64,000 nt of DNA, taken from contig JAUJOH010000003.1 of the NCBI GenBank assembly GCA_030447745.1, forward strand, positions 38,727-102,726, written 5' to 3'. Below the pieces are notes generated by a model. That model did not search any database, was not told where the DNA came from, and worked only from the letters and a program-made list of their open reading frames with translations. The stretch's first letter is position 1. Each line of letters starts with the position of its first letter. The translations under genes were made by a program, and so were the position numbers. Source of the DNA: Chloroflexota bacterium (GTDB lineage Bacteria > Chloroflexota > Limnocylindria > Limnocylindrales > CSP1-4). Of the stretch, positions 36,501-44,649 are shown piece after piece.

Positions 36501-37528
36501 GCCCTCGCCTCGACCGCGGCGTGCTCATGGACGAGATCAACCAGGCGACGGAGACGATCCGGATCGGTCGCCGGGAGCACGCCGTGGCCGAGGTTGAAGA
36601 CGTGGCCGGGCCGCCCGCCTGCGCGCTCGAGCACCCACCGCGCCTGCGCCTCGATCTCGGCCCAGCCGCCGAGCAGGACGCTCGGGTCGAGGTTGCCCTG
36701 GACGGCGCGATCGCCGACGACCTGCCACGCGTCCCGAAGGTCGACGCGCCAGTCCAGCCCGATGACGTCACCGCCGGCGTCCGTGATCAGCGGCAGGAGC
36801 CCCGCGCCACCGGTCCCGAAGTGGACCGTCGGCACGCCCAGCGGCGCGAGCGCCTCGAACAGCCGGCGCATGCGCGGTGCGACGTGGCGGGCGTAGTCGA
36901 ACGGGCCCAGGACGCCGATCCACGAGTCGAACAGCTGGACGACCTGGACGCCGGCCTGGACCTGCGCGCGGAGGTACGAGACCGACATGTCGACGAGGGC
37001 GTCGAGCAGCGATCCGGCGACCTCCGGCTCCGCGTGCAGAAGGCGTTTGAGCGCGCCGGCGTCGCGCGAGCCGCGACCCTCGACGAGGTACGAGGCCAGC
37101 GTGAAGGGCGCCCCGGCGAACCCGATCAGCGGCACGTCGAGCTCGCGGCGGAGGAGCCGGACCGCCTCGAGCAGCCCCGCCGCGGACGCTTCCGGGTCGA
37201 AGCCGCGCAGCGCCGCAACGTCCGCCGCCGTCCGAACTGGACGGGCGATCACCGGACCGGTCCCGTCGACGATCTCCACGTCCACGCCGATCCCGGGCAG
37301 CGGGGTCGTGATGTCGGCGAAGAGGATGGCCGCGTCGACGCCCAGCCGCCGGACGGGCTGGCTGGTCACCTCGGCGCACAGGGCAGCGTCGCGCACGATG
37401 TCGGCCAGCGTGGCCCGCTCGCGGATCGCCCGGTACTCCGGGAGCGACCGGCCGGCCTGGCGCATGAACCAGACCGGTGTGGCGTCGACCGGCTGGCGGC
37501 GGCAGGCCCGGAGCAGTCGGTCGTTCAT
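36497..37528 (-). CDS. hemE: uroporphyrinogen decarboxylase
   Basis: MNDRLLRACRRQPVDATPVWFMRQAGRSLPEYR and the C-terminal GHVFNLGHGVLP. ATGA overlap with the hemL stop. Confidence 0.9.
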   Translation of the reverse strand: MNDRLLRACRRQPVDATPVWFMRQAGRSLPEYRAIRERATLADIVRDAALCAEVTSQPVRRLGVDAAILFADITTPLPGIGVDVEIVDGTGPVIARPVRTAADVAALRGFDPEASAAGLLEAVRLLRRELDVPLIGFAGAPFTLASYLVEGRGSRDAGALKRLLHAEPEVAGSLLDALVDMSVSYLRAQVQAGVQVVQLFDSWIGVLGPFDYARHVAPRMRRLFEALAPLGVPTVHFGTGGAGLLPLITDAGGDVIGLDWRVDLRDAWQVVGDRAVQGNLDPSVLLGGWAEIEAQARWVLERAGGRPGHVFNLGHGVLPATDPDRLRRLVDLVHEHAAVEARA

Positions 37529-38817
37529 GCGGCGAACGCCTCGCGGGCGGCGGCGAGCACGAGGTCGATCTCCGCGTCGCCGTGGGCGAACCCCGGGAAC
37601 CATGCCTCGAACTGCGATGGCGGCAGCAGGATGCCGCGGTCGAGCATGGCGCCAAAGAACCGGGCGTAGGCATCCCGATCGCTCGCCATGGCCTCGGAAC
37701 CGTCCGTCGGCACGCCGGCCCGGAAGAAGAGCGTCAGGAGCGGTCGGCAGCGCCCGATCGCGACCGTGCATCCGGCGGCTGCCGCGCCTTCCGCCAGTCC
37801 GGCGGCCAGCCGCGCGACACGATCCTCCAGCTCGGCGTACCGCTCCGCCCCGAGCTCGCCGAGCGTCGCGACGCCGGCCGCCATGGCCAGCGGGTGGCCG
37901 CTCAGCGTCCCGGCCTGGTAGACCGGCCCGAGCGGCGCGACCAGGTCCATCAGGTCGCGGCGGCCGCCGTAGGCGCCGATCGGCATTCCGCCACCGATCA
38001 CCTTGCCGAGCGTCGTCAGATCCGGGACGACGCCGAAGCGGCCCTGGGCGCCACCGCGTCCCAGCCGGAAACCGGTGATCACCTCGTCGAAGATCAGGAG
38101 CGCGCCGGCGGCCTGCGTGACGCGGCGCAGGTGGTCGAGGAAGCCCGCCGCCGGTGCGATGACGCCGGCGTTCGCGATGACGGGTTCGACGACGACCGCT
38201 GCGATCCGGTCGCGGTGTGCCGCGAACGCCTCGTCGACGGCCTCAGGGTCGTTGAAGGGCAGCACGACGGTTCGCTCGGCCACCGTCGCCGGCACGCCGG
38301 CGCTGCCCGGGATCCCGAGCGTGGCGACGCCTGAGCCGGCCTCCACGAGGAGGCTGTCGGAGTGACCGTGGTACGTCCCGGAGAACTTGACGATCAGCTC
38401 TCGCCCGGTCGCGGCCCGCGCGAGACGGACGGCGCTCATGACGGCCTCCGTCCCGGACGAGGTGAAGCGCAGCCACTCGATCGAGGGCATCGCCTCGACG
38501 ATCGCCTCGCCGAGCTCGACCTCCCGCGGGTGCGTGGCGCCCAGCGCGAAGCCGTCGAGCGCGGCCCCGCGGACAGCCTCGACGACCGCTGGGTGGGCGT
38601 GCCCGAGGATCGCCGCTCCCCACGAGCCGATCAGGTCGAGGTACCGGTTCCCGTCGGCGTCCCGGACCCATGGCCCCTCGCCCGCGGCGAGCACGACCGG
38701 CGGCCGGCCGACCGAGCGGAACGCCCGAACCGGGCTGTTGACGCCGCCCGGGAACAGCGCCGCGGCGCGTTCCCGCAGGCCCTCCTGGCTGCCGGCCGCC
38801 GCGCGAGTGGCGGTCAC
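37525..38817 (-). CDS. hemL: glutamate-1-semialdehyde 2,1-aminomutase
   Basis: GTG at 38817 (GTGA overlap with the hemQ stop). Motifs: ..LFPGGVNSPVRAF.., ..FDEVITGFR.., ..TLGKVIGGGMP.. Confidence 0.9.
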   Translation of the reverse strand: MTATRAAAGSQEGLRERAAALFPGGVNSPVRAFRSVGRPPVVLAAGEGPWVRDADGNRYLDLIGSWGAAILGHAHPAVVEAVRGAALDGFALGATHPREVELGEAIVEAMPSIEWLRFTSSGTEAVMSAVRLARAATGRELIVKFSGTYHGHSDSLLVEAGSGVATLGIPGSAGVPATVAERTVVLPFNDPEAVDEAFAAHRDRIAAVVVEPVIANAGVIAPAAGFLDHLRRVTQAAGALLIFDEVITGFRLGRGGAQGRFGVVPDLTTLGKVIGGGMPIGAYGGRRDLMDLVAPLGPVYQAGTLSGHPLAMAAGVATLGELGAERYAELEDRVARLAAGLAEGAAAAGCTVAIGRCRPLLTLFFRAGVPTDGSEAMASDRDAYARFFGAMLDRGILLPPSQFEAWFPGFAHGDAEIDLVLAAAREAFAA

Positions 38818-39509
38818 GCGCGCACGCCGAGGAGCGCCCCGAACTGCTCGAGCGACCGCCGGACGCCCAGCAGGATCGGGGTGTCGCGGACCGTCGACCG
38901 GCGCGACTCCGTGGCCCGGAGCTCGCGGACCAGCTCGCCGAACGCCGGCAGGTCGTCCGTCTCGTAGGCGACGATGAAGTCCTGATCGTCGAGCCCGAAC
39001 GAGTACGCGAGCGCCTGCCGCACGGACGGATAGCCGCGCCCGACCCGCATGTGCTCGTTCATCACCCCCTGCCGCGCCTCTCGCGACAGCAGGTACCACT
39101 CGGATGCCTTGGTGAACGGGTAGACGACCAGGTAGCGACCGGGGTTCTCGCCGGTCAGCCCCTGCTCCTGCTCCGTCGGCTTGACGACGTACTGCGAGGG
39201 ACCGGTCCGGCCCAGGAAGGAGTGGGCAACCGTCATCCACCGCCCGAGCCCCGACGCCAGCAGCCGCGCGGCCGACTGCTCGAGCGCGTCGACCGACTCG
39301 CCCGTCCGCCACAGCACGAGGTCGACACCTGGCTCCAGCCCGACGGAGGTGAAGACGAGGCTGGCTACTCCAACGTCGGCCGACGCACGCTCGGCGTCGC
39401 ACAACGCCGCGAGCTCCGCCGCGCGGTCAGCCGCGGCGCGACGCCGCCATTCGGGCGCCACCGCGAGGGCCAGCACGTGGACGAAGCGCCCGCCTGAGGT
39501 GTCCGTCAT
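38814..39509 (-). CDS. hemQ: chlorite-dismutase-family coproheme decarboxylase
   Basis: Family-typical sequence (..YLVVYPFTKASEWYLL..EHMRVGRGYP..). It sits inside the haem operon. Confidence 0.85.
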   Translation of the reverse strand: MTDTSGGRFVHVLALAVAPEWRRRAAADRAAELAALCDAERASADVGVASLVFTSVGLEPGVDLVLWRTGESVDALEQSAARLLASGLGRWMTVAHSFLGRTGPSQYVVKPTEQEQGLTGENPGRYLVVYPFTKASEWYLLSREARQGVMNEHMRVGRGYPSVRQALAYSFGLDDQDFIVAYETDDLPAFGELVRELRATESRRSTVRDTPILLGVRRSLEQFGALLGVRA

Positions 39510-40531
39510 CGGGCCTCGTCCCGGAGCCAGGACGCGAGATCCGCGGCGGCGTACGTGATCACGATCCCGGCCCCCGCCCGGACGATCCCGGTCACCGACT
39601 CGAGCATGGCGCGACGCCCGTCGAGCCAGCCGCGCTCCGCGGCCGCCACCAGCATCGCGAACTCGCCGGACACCTGGTAGGCAGCGATCGGCAGGTCGTA
39701 GCGCTCTCGGGCGGCGGCAACCAGGTCGAGCTGCGGCATGGCGGGCTTGATGAGGATGATGTCAGCGCCCTCGGCGACGTCGAGGGCGACCTCCCGCCGC
39801 GACTCGCGGCCATTGGCCGGGTCCATCTGGTAGCCGCGCCGGTCCCCGAACGCGGGCGTGCTGTCCGCCGCCTCGCGGAACGGCCCGTAGAACGCCGACG
39901 CGGCTTTCGCGGCGTACGCCATGATCGCCGTCTCGGTGAAGCCCGCCTGGTCGAGCCCATCCCGGATCGCGGCGACCTGGCCGTCCATCATCGCGCTCGG
40001 AGCGACGACGTCCGCCCCGGCCGCGGCCTGAGCCACGGCGGTCCTGGCGAGCAACTCCAGGGCCGCGTCGTTGGCGACGCGCCCGTCGCCCGTGAGCGGA
40101 CCGCAGTGGCCGTGACTCGTGTACTCGCACAGGCACGTGTCCGCGATCAGCGCCAGCGGCAAGTCGCGGTCCCGGAGCCGCCGGAGCGCCTGCTGGACGA
40201 TCCCCTCCGCGATCCACGCGCCGCTCCCCTCTTCGTCCTTGCTCGCGGGCAGCCCGAACAGGATGACGCCGCCGACCCCGAGCTCGGCGAGGCGCTCGGC
40301 GTCACGGACCGCCTCGTCCGCGGACACCCGGTCGTGACCGGGAAGCGAGGCGATCGGGTCGCGGACGCCCGTTCCGGGCCGCACGAAGATCGGCGCCACG
40401 AACATCTCGGGGTCCAGGCGCGTCTCGCGCACGAGGCGCCGGATGGCCTCGCTCCGACGAAGCCGGCGCGGACGGTCGCGCGGGACGGGCGCAGTGTGGG
40501 TGTTGGCGTCCGGGCGGGCGGCGACGATCAT
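39506..40531 (-). CDS. hemB: porphobilinogen synthase (delta-aminolevulinate dehydratase)
   Basis: ..RRLRRSEAIRRLVRETRL.., ..DVVAPSAMMDGQV.., ..IKPAMPQLD.. (the active-site Lys region). Confidence 0.9.
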   Translation of the reverse strand: MIVAARPDANTHTAPVPRDRPRRLRRSEAIRRLVRETRLDPEMFVAPIFVRPGTGVRDPIASLPGHDRVSADEAVRDAERLAELGVGGVILFGLPASKDEEGSGAWIAEGIVQQALRRLRDRDLPLALIADTCLCEYTSHGHCGPLTGDGRVANDAALELLARTAVAQAAAGADVVAPSAMMDGQVAAIRDGLDQAGFTETAIMAYAAKAASAFYGPFREAADSTPAFGDRRGYQMDPANGRESRREVALDVAEGADIILIKPAMPQLDLVAAARERYDLPIAAYQVSGEFAMLVAAAERGWLDGRRAMLESVTGIVRAGAGIVITYAAADLASWLRDEAR

Positions 40532-42237
40532 CGGGTCTCTCCGAGCGGGGCGGCGCGCAGGAGGCGGCCGGCCAGGGTGGCAAGCGCGTCGGTCGACTGC
40601 GTGGCGGCCTCGCCGAGCAGCCGGAACCCTGCCGCACGCGCCTCACGGGCGGTCTCCGGGCCGATGCAGATGGCGGGGATCGCGAGCACCTCCGCGCGGC
40701 GGTCCGCAGCGAGCGTCAGGATGCCCCGGACCGCCGATGCGCTGGCGAACAGCACGGCATCCGGCGACGGACCGTCGAGCGCGCGCTCGAGAGCGGACCG
40801 CGAGGCGGCGGGCGCCTCGAGCGTCCGGTAGGCGACGGCCTCCCGCACCTCGCAGCCCCGGCGCCGGAGCTCCGCCGGCAGCAGCGGATCGGCAAGCGAG
40901 CCACGCAGGAGCAGGATCCGCTCGCCGGGCGCGACCGGCAGCTCGACGCCGATCGCCGTGCCGGTCGCCGTTCGCGGCTGCCACACGTCCGTGATGCCGG
41001 CTGCCGCGAGCTCCCGCGCCGTCGCGCCGGCCACGGCCGCCCAGCGGACCGTCGTGAGGTCGACGCCCAGGCGTCGCGCCGCCGCGGCGACGCTCGTGGC
41101 ACCGTTCGGGCTCGTCACGACGGCCCAATCGGACGCCGCCAGGCGGAGCAGCGCGTCGTCGAGCGCGGCCCCCGCCTCGACCGGCTCGACCGCGATCGCC
41201 GGCACCTCGATCGGCTCGAGGTCCTCCTCGCGGAGACGCTCGGCCAGTCGCTCTGCCTGATCCACGGGCCGCGTCACGAGGATCCGCGGCCGGCTCGCCC
41301 GGGCCACCGCCGGCGGCGCCTCCCCTTCGACCGGCGAGGTGCGGGTCCGTGCCAGCCGGCCCGCGAGCGTCACCGCCAGCTCCTCGGCGCGCGCGGGGAA
41401 GTCGCCGGCCGCGCCCTCGACCGCCTCGATCGCCGTCCGGCCGTCGTCCGCCGCGAACCCGCCCAGCAGCCGGACGTTGCCGGCGTCGACCTCCGCGAGC
41501 GCCCCGATCGGTGCGCGGCAGCCGCCGCCGGCGGCGCGCAGGAACGCCCGCTCCGCCTCGACCGCCACCCGGGTCGCTGGGTCGTCGAGCGCCTGGACGA
41601 CCTCGCGCGTCGCCGTGTCGCCGGCGCGCACCTGGACCGCGATCGCGCCCTGCCCGGGTGCGGGCGGGACGACGTCACCGGGCAGCCGCTCGGTCACGCG
41701 GTCGCCGCGGCCGAGCCGCGCCAGTCCGGCGACGGCCAGCACGAGGGCGTCGGCCTCGCCGCGCTCGACGCGGCGCAGCCGGGTGTCGACGTTGCCGTGG
41801 AGCGGCTGGATCGCGAGGTCCGGCCGGACGGCACGCAGAAAGCCGGCCCGGCGCGGACTGTCCGTGCCGACCCGGCTGCCGACGGGGAGCGCGCGCAAGC
41901 CACCGGGCGCGGACCCGGCAGCCGCGACCAGCGCGTCGTGCGGGTCGGCGCGCGGCAGGAAGGCCGCGAGCGTCAGGCGCGGGTCCTCGTCCGTCGGGAC
42001 GTCCTTCGCGCTGTGGACGGCAACGTCGACGTCGCCGGCCAGCAGGGAGCGCTCGATTGCGGTCACGAACGCGCCCTCGCCCCAGGCGGTGTCCGGGGCG
42101 CGCCGGTCACCATCGGTCTCGATGACCACGACCGCGTGCGGCTGACCGGCCACCTCCAGCGCCTCGGCCACGAGTCGCGCCTGCGCCAGCGCGAGGGCGC
42201 TCCCGCGCGTGCCGATCCGCACGGTCCCGCCACTCAC
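40528..42237 (-). CDS. hemC-hemD: fused hydroxymethylbilane synthase / uroporphyrinogen-III synthase
   Basis: The N-terminal ~300 aa are HemC (VRIGTRGSALALAQA.., ..GGCRAPIGA..). The C-terminal ~250 aa are HemD-like (PRILVTRPVDQAERLAERL..). It is a single uninterrupted ORF of 569 aa. Confidence 0.85.
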   Translation of the reverse strand: MSGGTVRIGTRGSALALAQARLVAEALEVAGQPHAVVVIETDGDRRAPDTAWGEGAFVTAIERSLLAGDVDVAVHSAKDVPTDEDPRLTLAAFLPRADPHDALVAAAGSAPGGLRALPVGSRVGTDSPRRAGFLRAVRPDLAIQPLHGNVDTRLRRVERGEADALVLAVAGLARLGRGDRVTERLPGDVVPPAPGQGAIAVQVRAGDTATREVVQALDDPATRVAVEAERAFLRAAGGGCRAPIGALAEVDAGNVRLLGGFAADDGRTAIEAVEGAAGDFPARAEELAVTLAGRLARTRTSPVEGEAPPAVARASRPRILVTRPVDQAERLAERLREEDLEPIEVPAIAVEPVEAGAALDDALLRLAASDWAVVTSPNGATSVAAAARRLGVDLTTVRWAAVAGATARELAAAGITDVWQPRTATGTAIGVELPVAPGERILLLRGSLADPLLPAELRRRGCEVREAVAYRTLEAPAASRSALERALDGPSPDAVLFASASAVRGILTLAADRRAEVLAIPAICIGPETAREARAAGFRLLGEAATQSTDALATLAGRLLRAAPLGETR

Positions 42238-43382
42238 AGCCCGAACAGCTCCCGGGCGGCATCCCGGTGCCGGCCCTCCTCGTCGCCGCGGAGCCGCTCA
42301 AGCGGGTCGCGCAGCAGCCGGGTGGTCAGCCGCTCCGCCATCCGCTCGACCTCGAGCCGCTGGCTCGGGTCGAGCGACGGGATCCGCTGCCAGAGCGCCG
42401 ACAGCTCCTCCACCCGCGCCTCGTCCGCACGCGTGGCGAGGGCACGGGCGGCCGAGCGCTCCGGCTCGAGCGCCACCCAGCGCCGATAGCGCTCGAGCGT
42501 CTCGCCGACGTGGCGGTCGAGGCGGGCGACCAGGGCGCTGGAGCCGACGACGGAAGCGCGACGCGCAAGATCGTCCACCGAGACGTGCCGGTCCCCGAGT
42601 CGGGCGGCCACCACGGGATCGACGGCAGGCGGCGCCGACAGGTCGACGACCCACGCGCCAGAGGCGATCAGGCGCTCGACCGCTGCCGGACGGACGGGCC
42701 ACGGGCCGCGGAGCGCGACGACGACCCCGGCGGGCGCGGCTTCGTCCCCGGCCGAGTCGAAGGCGACGGCGGTGGTCCCGAACGACGCCGCGAGGCGATC
42801 GGCCCGTTCGGCCGACCGGCTCGTCACGATGACCTGGCGCCCGCGGGCGAGGACCGCCCGAGCGGCGAGGACACCCATCTGCCCTGCCCCGACGACGAGG
42901 ATGGCCCCCGGCCGCGCCTTCCCGATCCGCAGTCCCTCGTCGACCGCCAGGTCGGCCACGCTCGGGCGCCGCGGAGGAGCCCACGTTCGGGCGCGCCGAC
43001 CGGCGCGCAGGGCAAGATCGAAGAGCCGATCGAGTGCCGGCGCGACGCCGCCCCGCCCGCGCGCCTCGGACACGGCCACGCGCAGCTGGTGGAGGACCTG
43101 GTCCTCGGCGAGAACCGTGGAGGAGCGCCCCACGGCGAGCGCGATGACGTGCCGGGCGAGATCGTCGTCCTCGAGGCGTGACAGCGGGCGGGTTCCGGCG
43201 AGCGCCGCCGCCGCGGCCACGAGGTCGACCTGCTCGGGCGTGCCGAAGAGCTCGACCCGGTGGCACGTCTCGAGGAGCACGGCTCCGTCGGGCAGCGAAG
43301 GGCGGAGGGCCGCCGCGAGCGAGCCACGCTCGGCCGCGGGCGTGTCACGCGCGTGCGCGAGGAGCCCGGCGATGGCCGTCAC
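42234..43382 (-). CDS. hemA: glutamyl-tRNA reductase
   Basis: GTG at 43382 (GTGA overlap with the upstream HTH gene). The catalytic Cys region is LLETCHRVELF and the NADPH motif is VVGAGQMG. Confidence 0.85.
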   Translation of the reverse strand: MTAIAGLLAHARDTPAAERGSLAAALRPSLPDGAVLLETCHRVELFGTPEQVDLVAAAAALAGTRPLSRLEDDDLARHVIALAVGRSSTVLAEDQVLHQLRVAVSEARGRGGVAPALDRLFDLALRAGRRARTWAPPRRPSVADLAVDEGLRIGKARPGAILVVGAGQMGVLAARAVLARGRQVIVTSRSAERADRLAASFGTTAVAFDSAGDEAAPAGVVVALRGPWPVRPAAVERLIASGAWVVDLSAPPAVDPVVAARLGDRHVSVDDLARRASVVGSSALVARLDRHVGETLERYRRWVALEPERSAARALATRADEARVEELSALWQRIPSLDPSQRLEVERMAERLTTRLLRDPLERLRGDEEGRHRDAARELFGL

Positions 43383-44098
43383 GAGGGTCCCGCCGGCGCG
43401 TCTGCCCGCCGCGCGCGATCCGACCCGTGCCGGACGCGCGTGACGGAGTGAGCGGCCATGGAAGCGACGAGCAGCCGATCCATCGCCCGGTCCGCCGTCT
43501 CGATCAGGTCCGTCGTGGCCGCCGTGTCGAAGCCGCGCCGGCGTGCCGCGGCCGAGAGCTCGTGGAGGAACGGCCGTCGGAACTGGAGGAACCCCTCGAC
43601 TGCCTGGCTCAACGAGACGCCAAGCCCGGACGCCATCCGGCCGTACGCCGCGGCCTCGCCGGTCGCCGCGGCCAGGTGATCCGCGGCTGTATCCTCGTCC
43701 GGCGCGTCGAGGTACCGGAGCAGCAGCGCCGCGAGCTGCCGCCCGTGCTCCCGGAACCAGCCGCGCTGCGCGTCGTCGAGTGTCACGAGCCACGGCATCT
43801 GTCGGGCCGCGGCGCGCGCCTCCGCCCGATACGCCCGCGCCAGGCGCGACGGCGTGACGCCGGAGCGGACGAGCGATGGCCGGTCCGTGGCGTCCGGCGG
43901 GATCAGGCGCTCGAGGGCGGAGCGGCGGAAGCGCCGGTGACCGCCGGGCGTCGTGAAGGCGCGGACGCGCCCGGTGTCGCTCCAGCGACGGAGCGTGCCG
44001 GGAGCGACGCCGAGGAGCCGGCTGGCCTCGCCGAGGCCGAGCCACTCGGACGTGCGTGGCGGCGAGCCGGACTGCCCCGGACGGCGCGTGAACCTCAT
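43379..44098 (-). CDS. MerR/excisionase-type HTH protein with C-terminal all-helical domain (candidate haem-operon regulator)
   Basis: Trimmed to MRFTRRPG. The HTH is WLGLGEASRLLGVAPGTLRRWSDTGRVRAFTTPGGHRRF. It is the first gene of the overlapping haem gene chain. Confidence 0.65.
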   Translation of the reverse strand: MRFTRRPGQSGSPPRTSEWLGLGEASRLLGVAPGTLRRWSDTGRVRAFTTPGGHRRFRRSALERLIPPDATDRPSLVRSGVTPSRLARAYRAEARAAARQMPWLVTLDDAQRGWFREHGRQLAALLLRYLDAPDEDTAADHLAAATGEAAAYGRMASGLGVSLSQAVEGFLQFRRPFLHELSAAARRRGFDTAATTDLIETADRAMDRLLVASMAAHSVTRVRHGSDRARRADAPAGPS

Positions 44099-44230
44099 CA
44101 AACCTGCCCAAGACTGCTCGATCGTGTCGTGACTGTAGCGCACGATGCCCGACGGTGCGCCGCCGCGACGAAACACGCGACACGAGCGCGACCTGCGCGG
44201 CGTCTGGAGTTCGGCGGACGGCCCAGGGCG

Positions 44231-44336
44231 CCAAGGCGCCGCCCACAGCCGCCGGCCTTTCGCCACATACCAGCGGGGATGGTCCAAGGCGCCGCCCACA
44301 GCCGCCGGCCTTTCGCCACATACCAGCGGGGATGGT
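44231..44336 (+). repeat. 53-bp direct tandem duplication (2 exact units) inside repeat copy B
   Basis: The unit ccaaggcgccgcccacagccgccggcctttcgccacataccagcggggatggt occurs at 44231-44283 and again at 44284-44336. Confidence 0.95.
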
Positions 44337-44567
44337 CCTGACCGGCTTGAGGACGAGATTCCCGGTCAGCTACCAGCCCCCGTAGTGGGAGCCAGATCGG
44401 TCCGGTCAGCTACCCGCCGGGCTGGTAGGTGACGAGGAAGCGGCGCCGTTCGGGGGCGGATTCCGCCGGGCCAGCCGCCCCTCGCCTGACAACTCGCTGT
44501 CTTGCACCACGGGGGCTGGTATCCGGCAAGAGGAGCAGGCCGCCCATCGCCACGGCCGGCCGCCGGA
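44231..44567 (+). repeat. composite multi-hairpin intergenic repeat, copy B
   Basis: Same module order as copy A: ATACCAGCGGGGATGGT (x2), CTACCAGCCCCCGTAGTGG, CTACCCGCCGGGCTGGTAGGTGAC, CCTGACAACTCGCTGTCTTGCACCACGGGGGCTGGTATCCGG. Confidence 0.9.
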
Positions 44568-44649
44568 GGGAATCGAACCCGTGGCGATCGAATCGCCGCC
44601 TGGTGGCGATGGCCGAGACGGGCACCATCAGGTTGGGAACGGTGCTTGC

